Source: Chrysomallon squamiferum (lineage: Eukaryota > Animalia > Mollusca). Taken from it: 64,000 nucleotides of DNA. This document shows, in pieces, positions 13,625-26,893 of the stretch. Location of the stretch: assembly GCA_012295275.1 (NCBI GenBank), contig CM022665.1, forward strand, positions 28,644,001 through 28,708,000. The letters run 5' to 3'. The notes beneath the pieces were generated by a model. That model ran no database searches. It was not told the DNA's origin and saw only the letters and a program-made list of their open reading frames with translations. The position numbers were made by a program, and so were the translations under genes. Each line of letters begins with the position of its first letter. Position 1 is the first letter of the stretch.

Positions 13625-15935
13625 TATCTGTTTGTTCTCAAACTACATGGCTAGCAACTTAAAAATAAATGAAATAAAAATTTTATCACTTTTTATTAAA
13701 ACATACTTTGTCATTATCTTTTATTAAATCTGTAAAGATGTCAACAACTTTTAGAGCTGACTGTCTAAATGGAAGAATTATTAAAACTTTTGGTCGGGTA
13801 AGACCTTGGTCTCTGTGGTCTCTGAAACAAGCAAACAAAAACATTTAATAAATAAACAAAATATTATTATCAAAACAAAAATCATAACCAATTATCACAA
13901 TAATGTATTACATGGTTTTAATATTTTTTCCATTTCACTATATATGGGTAATCATAATGTATATATCGCTATAAATTTTAATCATTATAAGCCTTCCTTT
14001 AATTTAATACTTCCAAAACTGATAGTTGTAATAAGTGTATATTTGAGGAAATTAATGTAATCTCGAGGACAATGCAAACATTATTGTAAAACGAAAATCA
14101 TTCAGTTTGGAAAACAGAAACAGCAAATAATACTTACTCATCCTCTCCAGACATCTCTTTGTTTCTTAATTTTGCATTATGGGCTATTATACGACTTCTG
14201 GTTCTGAAAACAGGAAAATAAAGTTAAAGTTGTGGCTGTTTTTGTGTGGATTTTTTTGCATTTTATAAACCTAATATCATTTTATATATTTATTCATGTA
14301 TATGCATGTATGTGTGTACGTGAGTATGAAGATAAGTCAGACAATACTTGTTATACAGAATTTTTCTAACTTTTATAAGAGAAAATGAAGAAAAAATGTT
14401 AAATCTCTTATTTTAATGTATATGTTTATAATTACATTTTTTAACAATATTTGGGGGGGTTTTGTTGTTTTTTTGTTTTGTCTTTTTTATAATTAAAATC
14501 TATAACTCTAAACAACAGAAATTATGGGGTTTTTTTTAGTAATACACATACTTGAGAACATGGTTCAAGGCATGCAGACAGTATACAAGTTGAAGTTTTT
14601 CTCCATTTACATAATCTCTAAATGGAAACTGAACATCCTGAAAAATAATTTGTAATGTATACCAAACTACTAGTTATGTTTATTATTATCATCAAATTAA
14701 TGATTATTTTGTTATCAACATGTTCTGAGTAAGTATTTGTTTATTAACAAACTTCTATATTTTCACGCTCATTTATTAGGTGTCTGGCAATGCAATTTAA
14801 TAACACTTAAATGACACTTTTAAAATGAATTTTATCTAACAGATACAAACAGATATGAAACTGGAGAACAACTTCAGACAATTAGATCCATTATTTTATT
14901 AACAACATGGAAAATTAATCTTGATGTTTAAAAATTGCTACTCCATATTGGTTTAAATCAAAATATTTAAAAAATATCCAACAAAATTCTGACATATACA
15001 AGCAATGATTTAATACAATAAATAATAAGTAAATAAATAAGTATTTACTTTAATTATCTAATAAGAGTTTAACACTGAACAATCAGTAACAAAAGTCTTA
15101 CTGAAAAGTAAATAAGTAAATATTTAGTTTAATTACCTGATAAGAGTTCAAAACTTTAAACAAAGACAGCTGTAAAGGTGAGAGTTCACCTGAAATAAAA
15201 TTAAAAAAATAAATAAATGAAAACAAAATACACGTTAACTTTATTGCTGTGCATTTGAAATACTGAAACATGACAGTATGAAAAGAAATAGATATAATCA
15301 CCTTTAGTTTCTTCCATCTGGCATAAAGTTCTGTTGGTTTCTTTAACTTGGGCACATAATCTCTGCTTAACCTTTATTAAAACAAATAAAAAAATAACAG
15401 ACACAATCCTGTTAAAGAAAAAAGAAACAATGTGCAAAAGTCTGATTATTTTAACTGATTTGCTGAATAAATCAGTAATTATCTATACTTTGGATTAAGC
15501 TGAATAATTAATAGGAATAATATTCTAAACTTATTATTTATATTGTCTTTTATATTTTTATAATCAAGTAATTAACAATATGTGACATGATTATTACACA
15601 AAATTTGCAATAAAACTGTTATCTCTGTAACTTTCTCCTGAATAAAACCAATGAAAAACAAGTCAGTCCATAAAGACAATTTTAAATAAAATAAATAATC
15701 AGCATACATAAAGTTTTTCTAAATTCTTTTCATTTGTGTCAGGCTTTGGAAGAAGATCATGTTTCAAATACTGCAGAAATGCTTTTCCAATTCCGGGTAC
15801 CTAAAATAATAATTTAAAAAAATGTCCTAAATGTGAAGAAACAGGATATTACTATCAGCATTCCCAACAAAAGATTTGTAGTAATAATGCTAAAGAGAAG
15901 GCAAGAGAGAAACTGTCTCTAAAAAAAATGTAATA

Positions 15936-16021
<86 letters not shown>

Positions 16022-18987
16022 TATGTTTTTGTTTTTACAAATTAACAAAGTGTATGTTATATGGCTGCATACATCTGTCTTTTGACAAAATGATTTTGTT
16101 TATCTGTAATTCGTAACTACAAATCTTATGAATCAAATTAAAGAAATGTTCAAAATTACAGTTATTTCTTTTTTCTCCCACTCTCTTTTGGAATTTAGTT
16201 CTTCAGCAACATCATCAGCAAGATCTTTCTCAAAATGAATGCTGAATGGATCTAGTGATTTGAAAGTAAAAAAAAAAAAAAGCATTCTTGTACAGAATAA
16301 AAAGCAACACAGTGAAAATGATTCTGCATTGGGCATTAACAAAAAAGGTAGAGGTTGAGAATAACAATCTTACTGGATAAACAAATATTTAAAAAATACA
16401 GGATAAAACATGGCACAGTTAACAGAGTGGTAACACCAAAGTCATAACGTATGTTACACTGAACATATTTTTAAAGTATCCTTGTGGTGATGTAAATGAA
16501 ACAGCCTTCTGTTGATGATTCCCTCAGTCTGTGGCTTAGAGTTTTTTTTAACATTAAGATAAGCTAGAATAATAAAAAAAAAAATAAGTGTGCAAGACCA
16601 TAACATCAGTAAGTAAACTGTATTTCCTACAACAAAAGAAATTTAGGTTGTTTGTTCACATTACTGCAGTTTCACTTTTAAAAATAAATAATAATTATGG
16701 ACATTTGTGAATTATCGAGCATGTATATAAAAACTTTATAATGTGGGTGTATTACAAACCTGATTCTTTCAGTGTGATGTCGTCTTGTTTTTCTGTTTCA
16801 TCTTCTTGTTCCTCTTCTGAACTGGAAACACAAGCAGATAGTTTTCTTTTCTTTTTTCTCCCATTTGTTTCCAGAGGTTTTTCCTTTTCACTTTTGTCTT
16901 CTTTGGTATTACCATCACTTTCTGAGTTGCTGATGTCTGATTTACTGTCACTGTCTCCACTTTCTTCCAAGTCATCATCCTCAAGCAAATCTATATCATC
17001 AACACCTTCATGTTGTTCTCCACTCGATAAAGAATCATTGTCATCATTCTCTCCATCAGAAGCTGAAGAAATAAAATTAAAATGAAGACAGTTTAGCAAT
17101 ATTTTAGTATCTATCTACAGTTTCTGAAGTACATTTTACAGAATTATGCATCTAATATTGTTCATGTAAAACAAAATATCAGTGTTTCTTTATTTACAAG
17201 TTCGGAATGATACAAATAAAACTTTTTTGAAGAAATGTGTTTATTTCCTCAATTCATATTCTAAATTAAGATTTTCAAACGATTTAAAACAAAAAAATTA
17301 AAGTAAATGTTATTGTTAAATAAAATTATCAGAGTATTATTTATGCTAAAAGCATTTAATTTTTATAAATTATGCACAAAGTTTTAAATAATATAAAATA
17401 TTTAAAACTTACTGATGTAAGTGATTTTTATGCATGTTTTGTTTGGGAGAGGGAGTTTTTTAGTTATTTTTTTCATCCTATTAACAGTGTTATTAACCTA
17501 CTATTAAATTTAAAGTGCATATTTACTACTGCTGCAATGTTTCAAAATGAGTAAATTAATTCATACATTCAAAACTGTCATTAGCTATTCCACCAATAGA
17601 TGATATAAGCTGCTGATACGAAGTTTCTTCTTCACTCTCGGATAAGCTTTCCTCATCAGGGATGATTTTCTGTAAGAAAAATTAACTGATCATTAACATC
17701 ATCCTGAAACAATGTACTGCTGACCATCTATTTCATAGACTAATAGGTTTGAGCAGCAGTCTGGTAAATACAAAATTCTGGGTTATCACAAATGTAAACA
17801 TTAACCCTAAAACTGACCAAAACATTACATTTTAGTACACATAAGCTAAATAATACAGTAACACAATAATGTAAGAACAATATACACAGACACCTGATTA
17901 AAGAAGTTTCTGATCAACAGTAAGATGTAACTTTTTTGTTTGTTTTTCCTGCCTCTTCCTCTTGAAACCATAGAAGCCATAGCTAGTCACAAAAACTATT
18001 TTAGTGATTATAGTAATGAAAAAAATGGTGATGATTTGGAGGAAATACTGTGCTGTTGTTCCACTCACAAATATTACAACACACCAACTGCTGATGGATA
18101 TCTGGGAAATGGTGGCAAGTTCAAATTTTGTAATTTTGTTCCAGATTTGCTCTGGTTTTTCAAAAAACTGAGGTCCATGAAAATATTACATTACATACAT
18201 TAGTTTTGATTTTACAGTTTGGAACCAAAACTTACTGGTTTCTGTGCAAGATCTGTATCTTGAACTTTTGTGTATTTTCTCACTTCTTCACTGAAATAGT
18301 TTTATACATTATTAAAATATATTCTAGATCTACAGAAGAGCTTTAACTGTATAATATTTATTATATTATAAACAGTAAACTTACAGAAATATGAATAACC
18401 ATAAAACCAGCAATAACAATTGAAATTGAAATTTTAAAAAAGCAACACAATATTCATACACAAATAAAACTATAAAAAGTATAATGAAATTGTTTCATTG
18501 TAGTTTGTTTTATTCTTAATTTCCGAATGTTTTGCAATCTGTCTTGATTGGTCAATGATAAACATTAAACTTAATGTCAATATATTATTAAGCAAACGTT
18601 GTTGTATTTAATTTGACATTTACAAGCACTTTTTCAGCTGTCATTTCTGTTAGTGTTAGAAAGAGTTGCAGCCCTTCGCTGTGATAAATGTTACAATCTA
18701 AGTTTTTAAACATACGTCATTTTCCTTCAAATGCATTATATTTGAAGAGTTACTAAATTAAAAAAATATCGTCATATTTCTTACACAATTCACAGTAATA
18801 AAGATAAAATGTTATTTATTATTAATAAATTAATGTAATGTTACTATATTTATATATACCCGGATTCCGCAGGATGCCTTTCTCCGAACTGTCGAAAGTG
18901 ATGTTTCTGTGCTTGCGATACATTTGAATACTGACCTCGTTTTTTACCTCTGAAACGTCCACCACCCCGTTTCCCCCTAAAACCCAT
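8273..18987 (-). CDS. UTP25: U3 snoRNA-associated protein 25 / digestive organ expansion factor (UTP25/DIEXF), 21 coding exons
   Basis: Exons (-): 18987-18860, 18290-18236, 17669-17567, 17062-16760, 16251-16160, 15800-15708, 15371-15302, 15189-15137, 14637-14552, 14203-14138, 13821-13707, 13355-13274, 13102-12946, 12583-12487, 12030-11945, 11369-11287, 11109-11033, 10577-10506, 9887-9763, 9115-9017, 8522-8273. All are GT-AG with consistent phases. Diagnostic motifs: [13 protein letters not shown], acidic tract, [79 protein letters not shown]. Confidence 0.96.
11110..11286 (-). other. U12-type (minor spliceosome) GT-AG intron in UTP25
   Basis: 5' splice site reads GTATCCTTT (perfect U12 consensus). 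The 3' end reads TTTACCTTTAACTGTTCAG: a U12-like branch point close to the AG with no polypyrimidine tract. Splicing restores the frame (..KYCH-N-YAGK..). Confidence 0.88.
15940..16018. repeat. (TG)n microsatellite in a UTP25 intron
   Basis: Perfect dinucleotide run. Confidence 0.95.
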
Positions 18988-19039
18988 TTTCACTGACACC
19001 GATGTTCAAACACCACTGCCAATATTCAAGATGTAAATT

Positions 19040-19125
19040 TGCTTTAACACGTGCTGAGGTATTTCGGAAAATATCGATATAAATCGGGATATGTCGTATA
19101 CTTCCGTCAACAATGATTCGGAAAT
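19040..19125 (-). promoter_or_regulatory. Likely UTP25 core promoter
   Basis: CpG-enriched patch just upstream of the ATG (18987) with a DRE-type palindrome TATCGATA (19072-19079), an ETS-like ACTTCCG (~19100) and an E-box CACGTG (~19048). Confidence 0.4.
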
Positions 19126-19285
19126 GTATTAAAAAGTTTTAAACGGGTTCTTTTTTCGATGATGTAGTAATTACTGTTATACAGCAGGCACGAAGGAATA
19201 ATAATATATTTATCTTCCTATATTATATAGTCATTATTATGTAGCACAGGCTGGAACGGATTGAAACCGAAATTTATTAAACATT

Positions 19286-19287
<2 letters not shown>

Positions 19288-19328
<41 letters not shown>
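19288..19328. repeat. (AAT)n microsatellite
   Basis: Directly visible. Confidence 0.9.
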
Positions 19329-19331
<3 letters not shown>

Positions 19332-19799
19332 TGATGAATTAAAATAATTAAACAGAATACATAATTTGATCTGAGGCAAACCAACAATGTTTTTTATAGT
19401 ATGGAGCAATACTTCAAACATTAACAGAATAAAATCGACTGATCACATGGTTTCTGGGACGCCTTTCATAATTTTATCGATTGAACAAAGATATATATTA
19501 AAATAGCAGGACGAAGTACATAGTTCTGTTCTTAGGTAAAGCACTGATCAAAAGTTCATCTAGTCCTATACTTTCTGTTCCTAAATCAGTTGAAGTGAAG
19601 TGGTGAGTTTGAAAATACTGTGTTTATCAGATATTCAAATACATATACATAATTATGCTGAAAAGATTTCAAATATACCGTGTTATTTTTCATGCTGTTT
19701 TTGATAAATCAAGATAGCACATTCTCAGTTTCTGTGAGAATCAAGGTATCTCTGAAATCCATTAGGTGTAATACTAATGGTAACAATATTAATACTGTT

Positions 19800-19807
19800 T
19801 ATTATTA

Positions 19808-19861
<54 letters not shown>
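19800..19861. repeat. (ATT)n microsatellite
   Basis: Directly visible. Confidence 0.9.
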
Positions 19862-20559
19862 CTTCTTTTTATTCCCTTTTTTTCTTCAGTTTTTTTGCCA
19901 GATTAATATTAACTATATGAAGCAGCGAGAACGGGTTACTAATAAATAAACTTACTCCATTTACAATCTTAATTTCAGTATTTGGTGGATATATTAAAAT
20001 TCTTCAAATCGTGAAATCAGAAACATAGACATGATATAGTCCTTAGTGTCTAGTTATTAATATTTAATAAATATACACATACAGTGATACACTGATACAG
20101 TAGTATTAAAGCGGTCGACACCGCGAGTTAAAGAATATGTAATTATGGACGTAACAAATATTTGTCAGTCTTAGGCATATACTGTGAGTGTGTCACGTAT
20201 ATGACTATATCCGTTAACGGTTACCAATTAAGACTTTCTTTTAAATCATACATACGTGCATTCTTAATTGATAGCAGTAGTATTAAAAATATATATATTT
20301 ATTTATTTATTATATTAATTTTTTTATGCTGGTCATGCTATGTTACTTGTTAGGTGCTTCACAACACCTAGCTCTGATTAGCACGTTACATTTTTTTCCA
20401 TTCCATGCCATGTATCTGCAGGATTATAACTATAGGATATATTACTGATGATATCAAACAGTTTCAACGAAGACCAGTCTAAAATGTTCAGACCAATGCC
20501 ATGGCAGGTGCTAAGCAGTCAAAGATTACGACCAGTCTAGTATCACTGAAAACATTCTA

Positions 20560-20593
20560 TCAATTTTATTCGCCTAGCCTTGCCGCCATTTTG
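20560..20593 (+). promoter_or_regulatory. Probable non-coding first exon/TSS region of the RBM4-like gene with a YY1 motif
   Basis: GCCGCCATTTTG (YY1 consensus, 20582-20593) is immediately followed by donor GTAAAT (20594). The next strong acceptor is tttcag at 21552, 2 nt before the ATG. Confidence 0.55.
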
Positions 20594-20945
20594 GTAAATT
20601 CTGATTCTTTGTACTCTGAAATATCAGTTGTTTTTCCTTTTTATATGGTATAGTAATTACATTTTTCATTAAAGAGTCATATAATTTTATTTTTTTAAAT
20701 CTTAAAAATGGGCGTATGGGAACATTGAGCTAGTTAAAGGGGACAGAATCGTTGATTTGCAAGACATTTTACGTGGTTAACAATACAGTCGAATAGTGAC
20801 GGTATAATACCATTACCAGTTCCTTGTTGTATTGTCCAGATTGCCTCACTATTTTATCTGAATGTGGGAGGGCATTTGCCCACATGATCTCAACTGTAGG
20901 AATGAAACTTACTACCACTACTGTTTATTTATTTTATTTATTTAT

Positions 20946-20976
<31 letters not shown>

Positions 20977-21554
20977 TTATTTGATTGATTTATCATTTCT
21001 TTTGGTGGGTTCTGGCATAATTTGACATCGATTAAGTTAAACTTTAAAGCCATAAACTAACGACAAAGCATTATATATGTGGTGTATGATGTTGCATGAT
21101 GATTATTATTTCGTATATTTTTTTATTTCATTATTTATTAATATTAGTTGCACAACTTATATTCAAACTCAGAAACTGTTGATAGTTTGTATCAGTATAA
21201 CTTAACAATATTAACACTAGTACTGTAGTAACACTAACATGTGAAGCTAAACGATAATGCTTATTACACAGTGTGATTTTATGAAGAGTTGTAGTAAATC
21301 ACCATAATTCCATTTCTTACTAGGCGAGATTGCCCTAACACCCCCCTCAGAAAAAAAAAAAAAAAAAAAAACGAAAAAAAACAACACCAAAAACTGATTT
21401 ATTTCTCTGCCATCAGAAATTGACTTAAATTTAGTAAAGCTAATGATAAATGGTTAGATCTTAAATTTATTGCTTTTAACCACTGATAATCTTCATTATC
21501 TAGGTTAATGTTGAAAATAATCTGACAAATATATGTATTTTTTGCCTTTCAGAA

Positions 21555-24500
21555 ATGCCTGTTAAAATTTTTATTGGAAACCTGTCTGATGACACACAGG
21601 TTTCTCAACTTCAACCACTGTTTGACAAGTATGGAACTGTAACAGAGTGTGATGTGCTTAGAAATTTTGGATTTGTGGTAATGCATATTTACATTCATTA
21701 TTATTTGAACAGAATAACTCAGTATGGCAATATATAATATTCAGAATCTTTTTCCTGGTCATTTTGTGTATGTGTTGTGAGTATATGTATGTGTAAAGAT
21801 GTATATACAGGGATTTACTTGAATTTGCTAAAATGTTAATGAATACTTGAGTCAGTAAAGAAAACAAATGACAGTGACAACACATATTTTAATTAGCTTC
21901 ACCATTCACTGTGTGTAAACTTACCCATGTCAGGATCATTTATAACATCCCTCCAAAAACAGTTCTCAGTTAATCCTTTAGAAACTTGATCAGTGTTGGG
22001 AAATGGGCAATAATTGTTGTAATTTTTTTTAAATGGGTATTTAATTTTATTATAATAAAACAAATATTTTAAGCAAGTTGTGCTTCCAGTTGTGTAAGAC
22101 ACTCAAAATTCTACTCATCATTGTAAATGTCCCAGTTGTAACTTATTATTTTAAATCAGATTTTTAAAATGTATAATGAAAGAATTTATTATTATTTATT
22201 ATAATATTTTTTTTTATTTTTTATTTTTTTTTACAGCTATTAATATTTAAAATTATGAAAACCATTTCCATCTACATGTGTTAATAATGACTGTTATCAC
22301 TGAACACAGCAGGAAATATGAATGAGTGAATGTAAGATATTAGTGAGCTAGAATGTTGCAGTCAGCAGGCTATTATTAATTTTATATAAAAAAAATGTAT
22401 TGTTTCCATACAGCACATGCAGTCAGATGAAGAAGCTGATGAAGCCATAAAAAACCTGAATGGATATCATTTGAATGGACAGAAGATCAGAGTTGAGGTA
22501 TATAATAAATATTATTACTGTTGAAACATTTCAACAACATGCTATTTGGATTTATTAAACACCGAGTTCCGCCTCAGTTTTGTGCGAACCGTTGTGAAAT
22601 CTGCATTTGCACATTACCTATGTTTGCGTTTTTTTTTTTATTGTAATCGACACTGACTTAATGTTTATGTTGTATATTATTTGCGTTCCTAATTTTTTTT
22701 ACTTTCCGTAAGATTATAATGTGTCACTATTGTCTTAACGAATCCGATGTTTTATTTTGAGTGTGATAGCTCTATTCCAGTTTAAATTATATTAAAAGAA
22801 ATTCATTTATATTTATTTGCTTGCTAACATGCGTTTAACCCTGCAGCTAACAACTTTTAAATTCCGATTATGGTTCTCAGACTTGGATTGATATGTTTCG
22901 TTTTACTCGAGATTATTTTATTTAGTAGCAATCAGTGAAATAACGAGCAAACAGTTATTTTATATGAAAAGATTTAATTCGTTTTGTACATTACTAAAAA
23001 CAAACCGTTTTTATTACATATGTATGCAGTTCAAACGTTTTCTTTTTACGTGCGATCTACTAAAGGTATCCTCAGTAATGAATTGCTTACTTTACGTGTT
23101 CTTATACTCTGCAGAAATCGACAGGAAAATCGAGAGAAGATGGATTTAGAGGGGGAAGAGGGTAGGTTAAAATGCAGATGTAAACATCTCATTTTCTCAC
23201 TTTTTCCAAAATAAAAATTCTTAAATCATTTCACTGCCGCATAACCCCCCAAAGAACTGGACAATTTTAAGAATGGATTCCGAAATCTTTGCAGATAGAA
23301 GATGCCGAATTCGTTTGGTCTGTTCAAGTATGTTTTATGTACAGGTAACATGGCCCCAAATGTTCAGTCAGTTGGAAAATCCTTATTTAAAAGAAATAGG
23401 TAAAACAACACCGATAAATATGCTTGTTTTATACAACATATCTACAAATGTTCATTCGTAGTCAACAAAGCCGTTTATGCGTTTGTCACATAATGTGGTC
23501 TCAGCCATTTTATTTGGTAATGTATAAGAACTTTACTACATTTACTAAACTCGTTAGCTGACATTAAAAATTGTAATGAGAATCCTGTGTGTGTTTATTA
23601 CCTTACATATTTTATGTACAAAATCATATAAATATAAAAATAAACTGATTTCGAACTTTGAAAAAAAAGGTTGCATTGGTGACATATTCATTACAGAAGT
23701 AAATGACAAAGGTACACTTAATCCATTTTTTTTTTTTTTTTCATTTTGAAATCAAAAATTATTTGTATAAAAACTGGAAACAGTGAAGTATTGTTATCCT
23801 AAATTTTTTATTTTTTTTTAAATTCATTATCAGACATAACGATATTTCATATAAGGACATGGAAATCTTTGTTTTAGTGGACGAAGTAGAGGTGGAGGAG
23901 CAATGAGGGCAATGCGAGGTGCAAGAGGTGGAAGGGGTGGTTATCCAGCTCCATATGAGAGATTTCCACCACCCCCACCAGCATATGATAGATATGATGC
24001 ATACTACAGGTATTCTTCACCTAGTTATTATAACATTTATTATAGTGAAAACAGATTCTTATTAGACTGATCATTCTGAACTATAATTTGTTATATGTGG
24101 ATCTATGTTTCTATTGAAAACACGAGATATTTTTGTTTTATATTATTTATTATTGACAAAAAGAACATACATATAATTCAGAAATATTTAATTTTTCTTT
24201 CTATCAGAGATTATTATGAGAGAGAACCTTATTATCCTTCAAGAGGTGACCGCTACCCTGCCAGACTCCCTCCCCCACTTCCCCCAGGAGATCGGTACGC
24301 TAGGGAGCGACCTCTACCACCACCCCCTGAAAGGAGACCTGTATATGCTGATCCAAGGGACAGGCTGCCACCACCACCCAGAGATAGATATGCACCTTAT
24401 CCTGAAGACAGACATCTTCCTTTACCTTACGAAAGAGATTATGAAAGAGCAAGACCACTTGAGAGGGGACTGCCTGCTGATCCCTACTACAGAGAACGGA

Positions 24501-24956
24501 GCCCGTTAGGCCGACCACCCCCTGAATATTATGAACGATTGTAATTATTTTTATTTAATACAGATAATTTCTCAGAATTGATAAATATTTAATCATATAG
24601 TCATTCCATAATTTAATTGACATATGAAGAATGCACATGTCTATCATAACAGATCAGATGCATGAATTATGAAACAGAATAAATTTCCATGTTATTTTTA
24701 TTATTGTTTTTCAATTATTTGTTTTCATCTTGACAACAGGAAGTCTGACTATCCAGGAATGTCAGTTCGAGAAGGTCCTAGAGAAAGCAACGGTTATGAT
24801 TATTACAGACATCATGCTCCACGAGACCCTTATGATAGGACATACGGAGGAACAGCTGTTGTGCCTGGTCCAAGACAGAGCAATCAGCCATCAGCCACTG
24901 CAGCACATAAATTTGACAGTCAGGCAAAGTTGCAAACTGGGCCCATCTTCTTTTAA
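21555..24956 (+). CDS. RBM4: RBM4/lark-like RNA-binding protein: one RRM, an RGG box and a Pro/Arg/Tyr/Asp-rich tail
   Basis: Coding exons 21555-21677, 22414-22497, 23115-23161, 23878-24009, 24208-24540, 24740-24956, all GT-AG and in frame. [49 protein letters not shown] is the RBM4/lark RRM1 signature. Orthology versus paralogy is not resolved. Confidence 0.85.
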
Positions 24957-26153
24957 AAGTTCCTGGACAATTTCAGAAAATCATTTCATTGTTGAATCCA
25001 TATTTGTCACTGAGTTTTTTAACACTTTTCCTCATTGTAGATAATGTCAGAATATCATGTTGTGCTTGTGAACAAAGAAACAGAACAATGTAGACCACAG
25101 CAGCTAAAGGCTTGTACTTAATTTGTGTCCCATTTTGCAAAGTATTATCTAATTCAGATTGGCTTCCTATTTTCTGGCAGCTCATAGTTATTTCTGTTGT
25201 GTTTGTAATGTAATCTTGTTTTGTTTTCAAAAAATTGCTGTTCATAAAGCATTTTTAAACATATTTATTATTATTAAATTTATTTTTATTAATGGTTTTT
25301 CAATTTTTGAATAAAATACTAATGTGAAAACAAATTTTTTGAAGTAGTCACTGTAATTCTGATTTTTAATTGATTGTTTACAAATCATGAAACTTTTTAA
25401 TTACAAAATAAACTAGCTTGCCATACATATATTTTGTGATTTTTTTTTTTTTGAATGAAAATGATTTACCCAGTGCATAACATTTTTATCTTAGAATCTT
25501 TGTTTTTCACTAGATGTCTCCATAGATTGCTATAGTTTTACATTATATATACGTTTTATTTTAATATATTATTAAAATTAACACATATATTTTGTCCAGG
25601 ATCTTGTACATCCTAATGTTAACTGTTAAAAATATTTCTAAATAAAAATAATAATAAAAAGATTTTACTGACAAACATGGATCTCTCTTTTTTTTTTTTT
25701 TCTTCAGAAAGGTGTGAATAATTCAAAAGATGGTCTTAGTATTACATTGGAAACATAGAAATATGCTTTGTGTGTGTAACTTTTAGAAAATGAATCCTGT
25801 ATTTAAGCATTTGTTGCTTTTTTTGTTTTACTATTACCATATGTGTAACATCTACTAGGACTACTATTGCTACAAGCACAGTTCAATGAAAACGACTTAA
25901 AATAATTTTTTGTACACTTCTTAATAATTGATTGCTTTTCTGATTTTTATTATTTATTTTTTTTTACATATTTTAGAATTTATATATTAAATATTTCAGG
26001 TGACTATATTTTACTGCTAATAAAAAATGTAAAATACTAGTTATTTTTTATTATTATTATTTTTTCTTTTTTGTAGCCAAAATTATCAGAAATTAAAGTA
26101 GAACTATATGACTAAGTTAAAATTTGTTTAATGGAAAAGTGAGACCAAATATT

Positions 26154-26158
<5 letters not shown>

Positions 26159-26206
<48 letters not shown>
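26159..26206. repeat. (TC)n microsatellite
   Basis: Directly visible. Confidence 0.95.
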
Positions 26207-26211
<5 letters not shown>

Positions 26212-26847
26212 CCAACCTTTTAACAAATTTGAAAGAAAACATTATTTAATAAAAATAGTAAAATAATTGTGCAATATACTTATGACAAACTTTGTCCAGT
26301 AATAATAAGTATCCCTGTCCTAAAGCATATACTAATAAAATGCTAATTAAAAAACAAAACTAAACATCTATGACCACACTATAATGCTTACAAATTGATA
26401 ATAATAACTATATATATATTTAACTGGTCAAACACACATACAAACATATCTGACCCGTACGCAAGAGAGGGGTGTGTGCGTTCGTACCCGCATGTTCAAC
26501 CGAGATCCGTCCGTGGAACTGTTAAAAAAATAATAAATAAATAATCCGATGATGTGATCTGTGTCAAATTTGACATATTCTGATGCAAACAATCGTTTCA
26601 AATTTACTTCCCAGAATGCCATAAATGCACCCTTTGCATTACAGATTTTTTTAAAAATCGCCCATTGCAAATCGGCTCATTGGACCGTCGATTACGCACT
26701 TCGGGCCATATAAATTTCTGCGTCGTCTGTCTATTTATCTGTGTGTGTTAAAGCGATCAACTGAAATAACCTTTGTTACAGATGGAAACTATTTGAGCAA
26801 ACCAGGAATGATACACTGCGGCATTGTTATTATTATTTTGTATTATT

Positions 26848-26893
<46 letters not shown>

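Noticed and set aside
16741-17085. Ser-rich plus-strand ORF
   Set aside because: Antisense shadow of the acidic UTP25 exon 4.
19288-19861. (AAT)n and (ATT)n forming an inverted repeat between divergent genes
   Set aside because: This microsatellite is abundant throughout the window, so the pairing is expected by chance.
24010-24207. Donor GTATTCTT in the RBM4-like gene as a U12 intron
   Set aside because: Mismatch at +5, no CCTTAAC-like branch point and a normal pyrimidine tract, so treated as U2.
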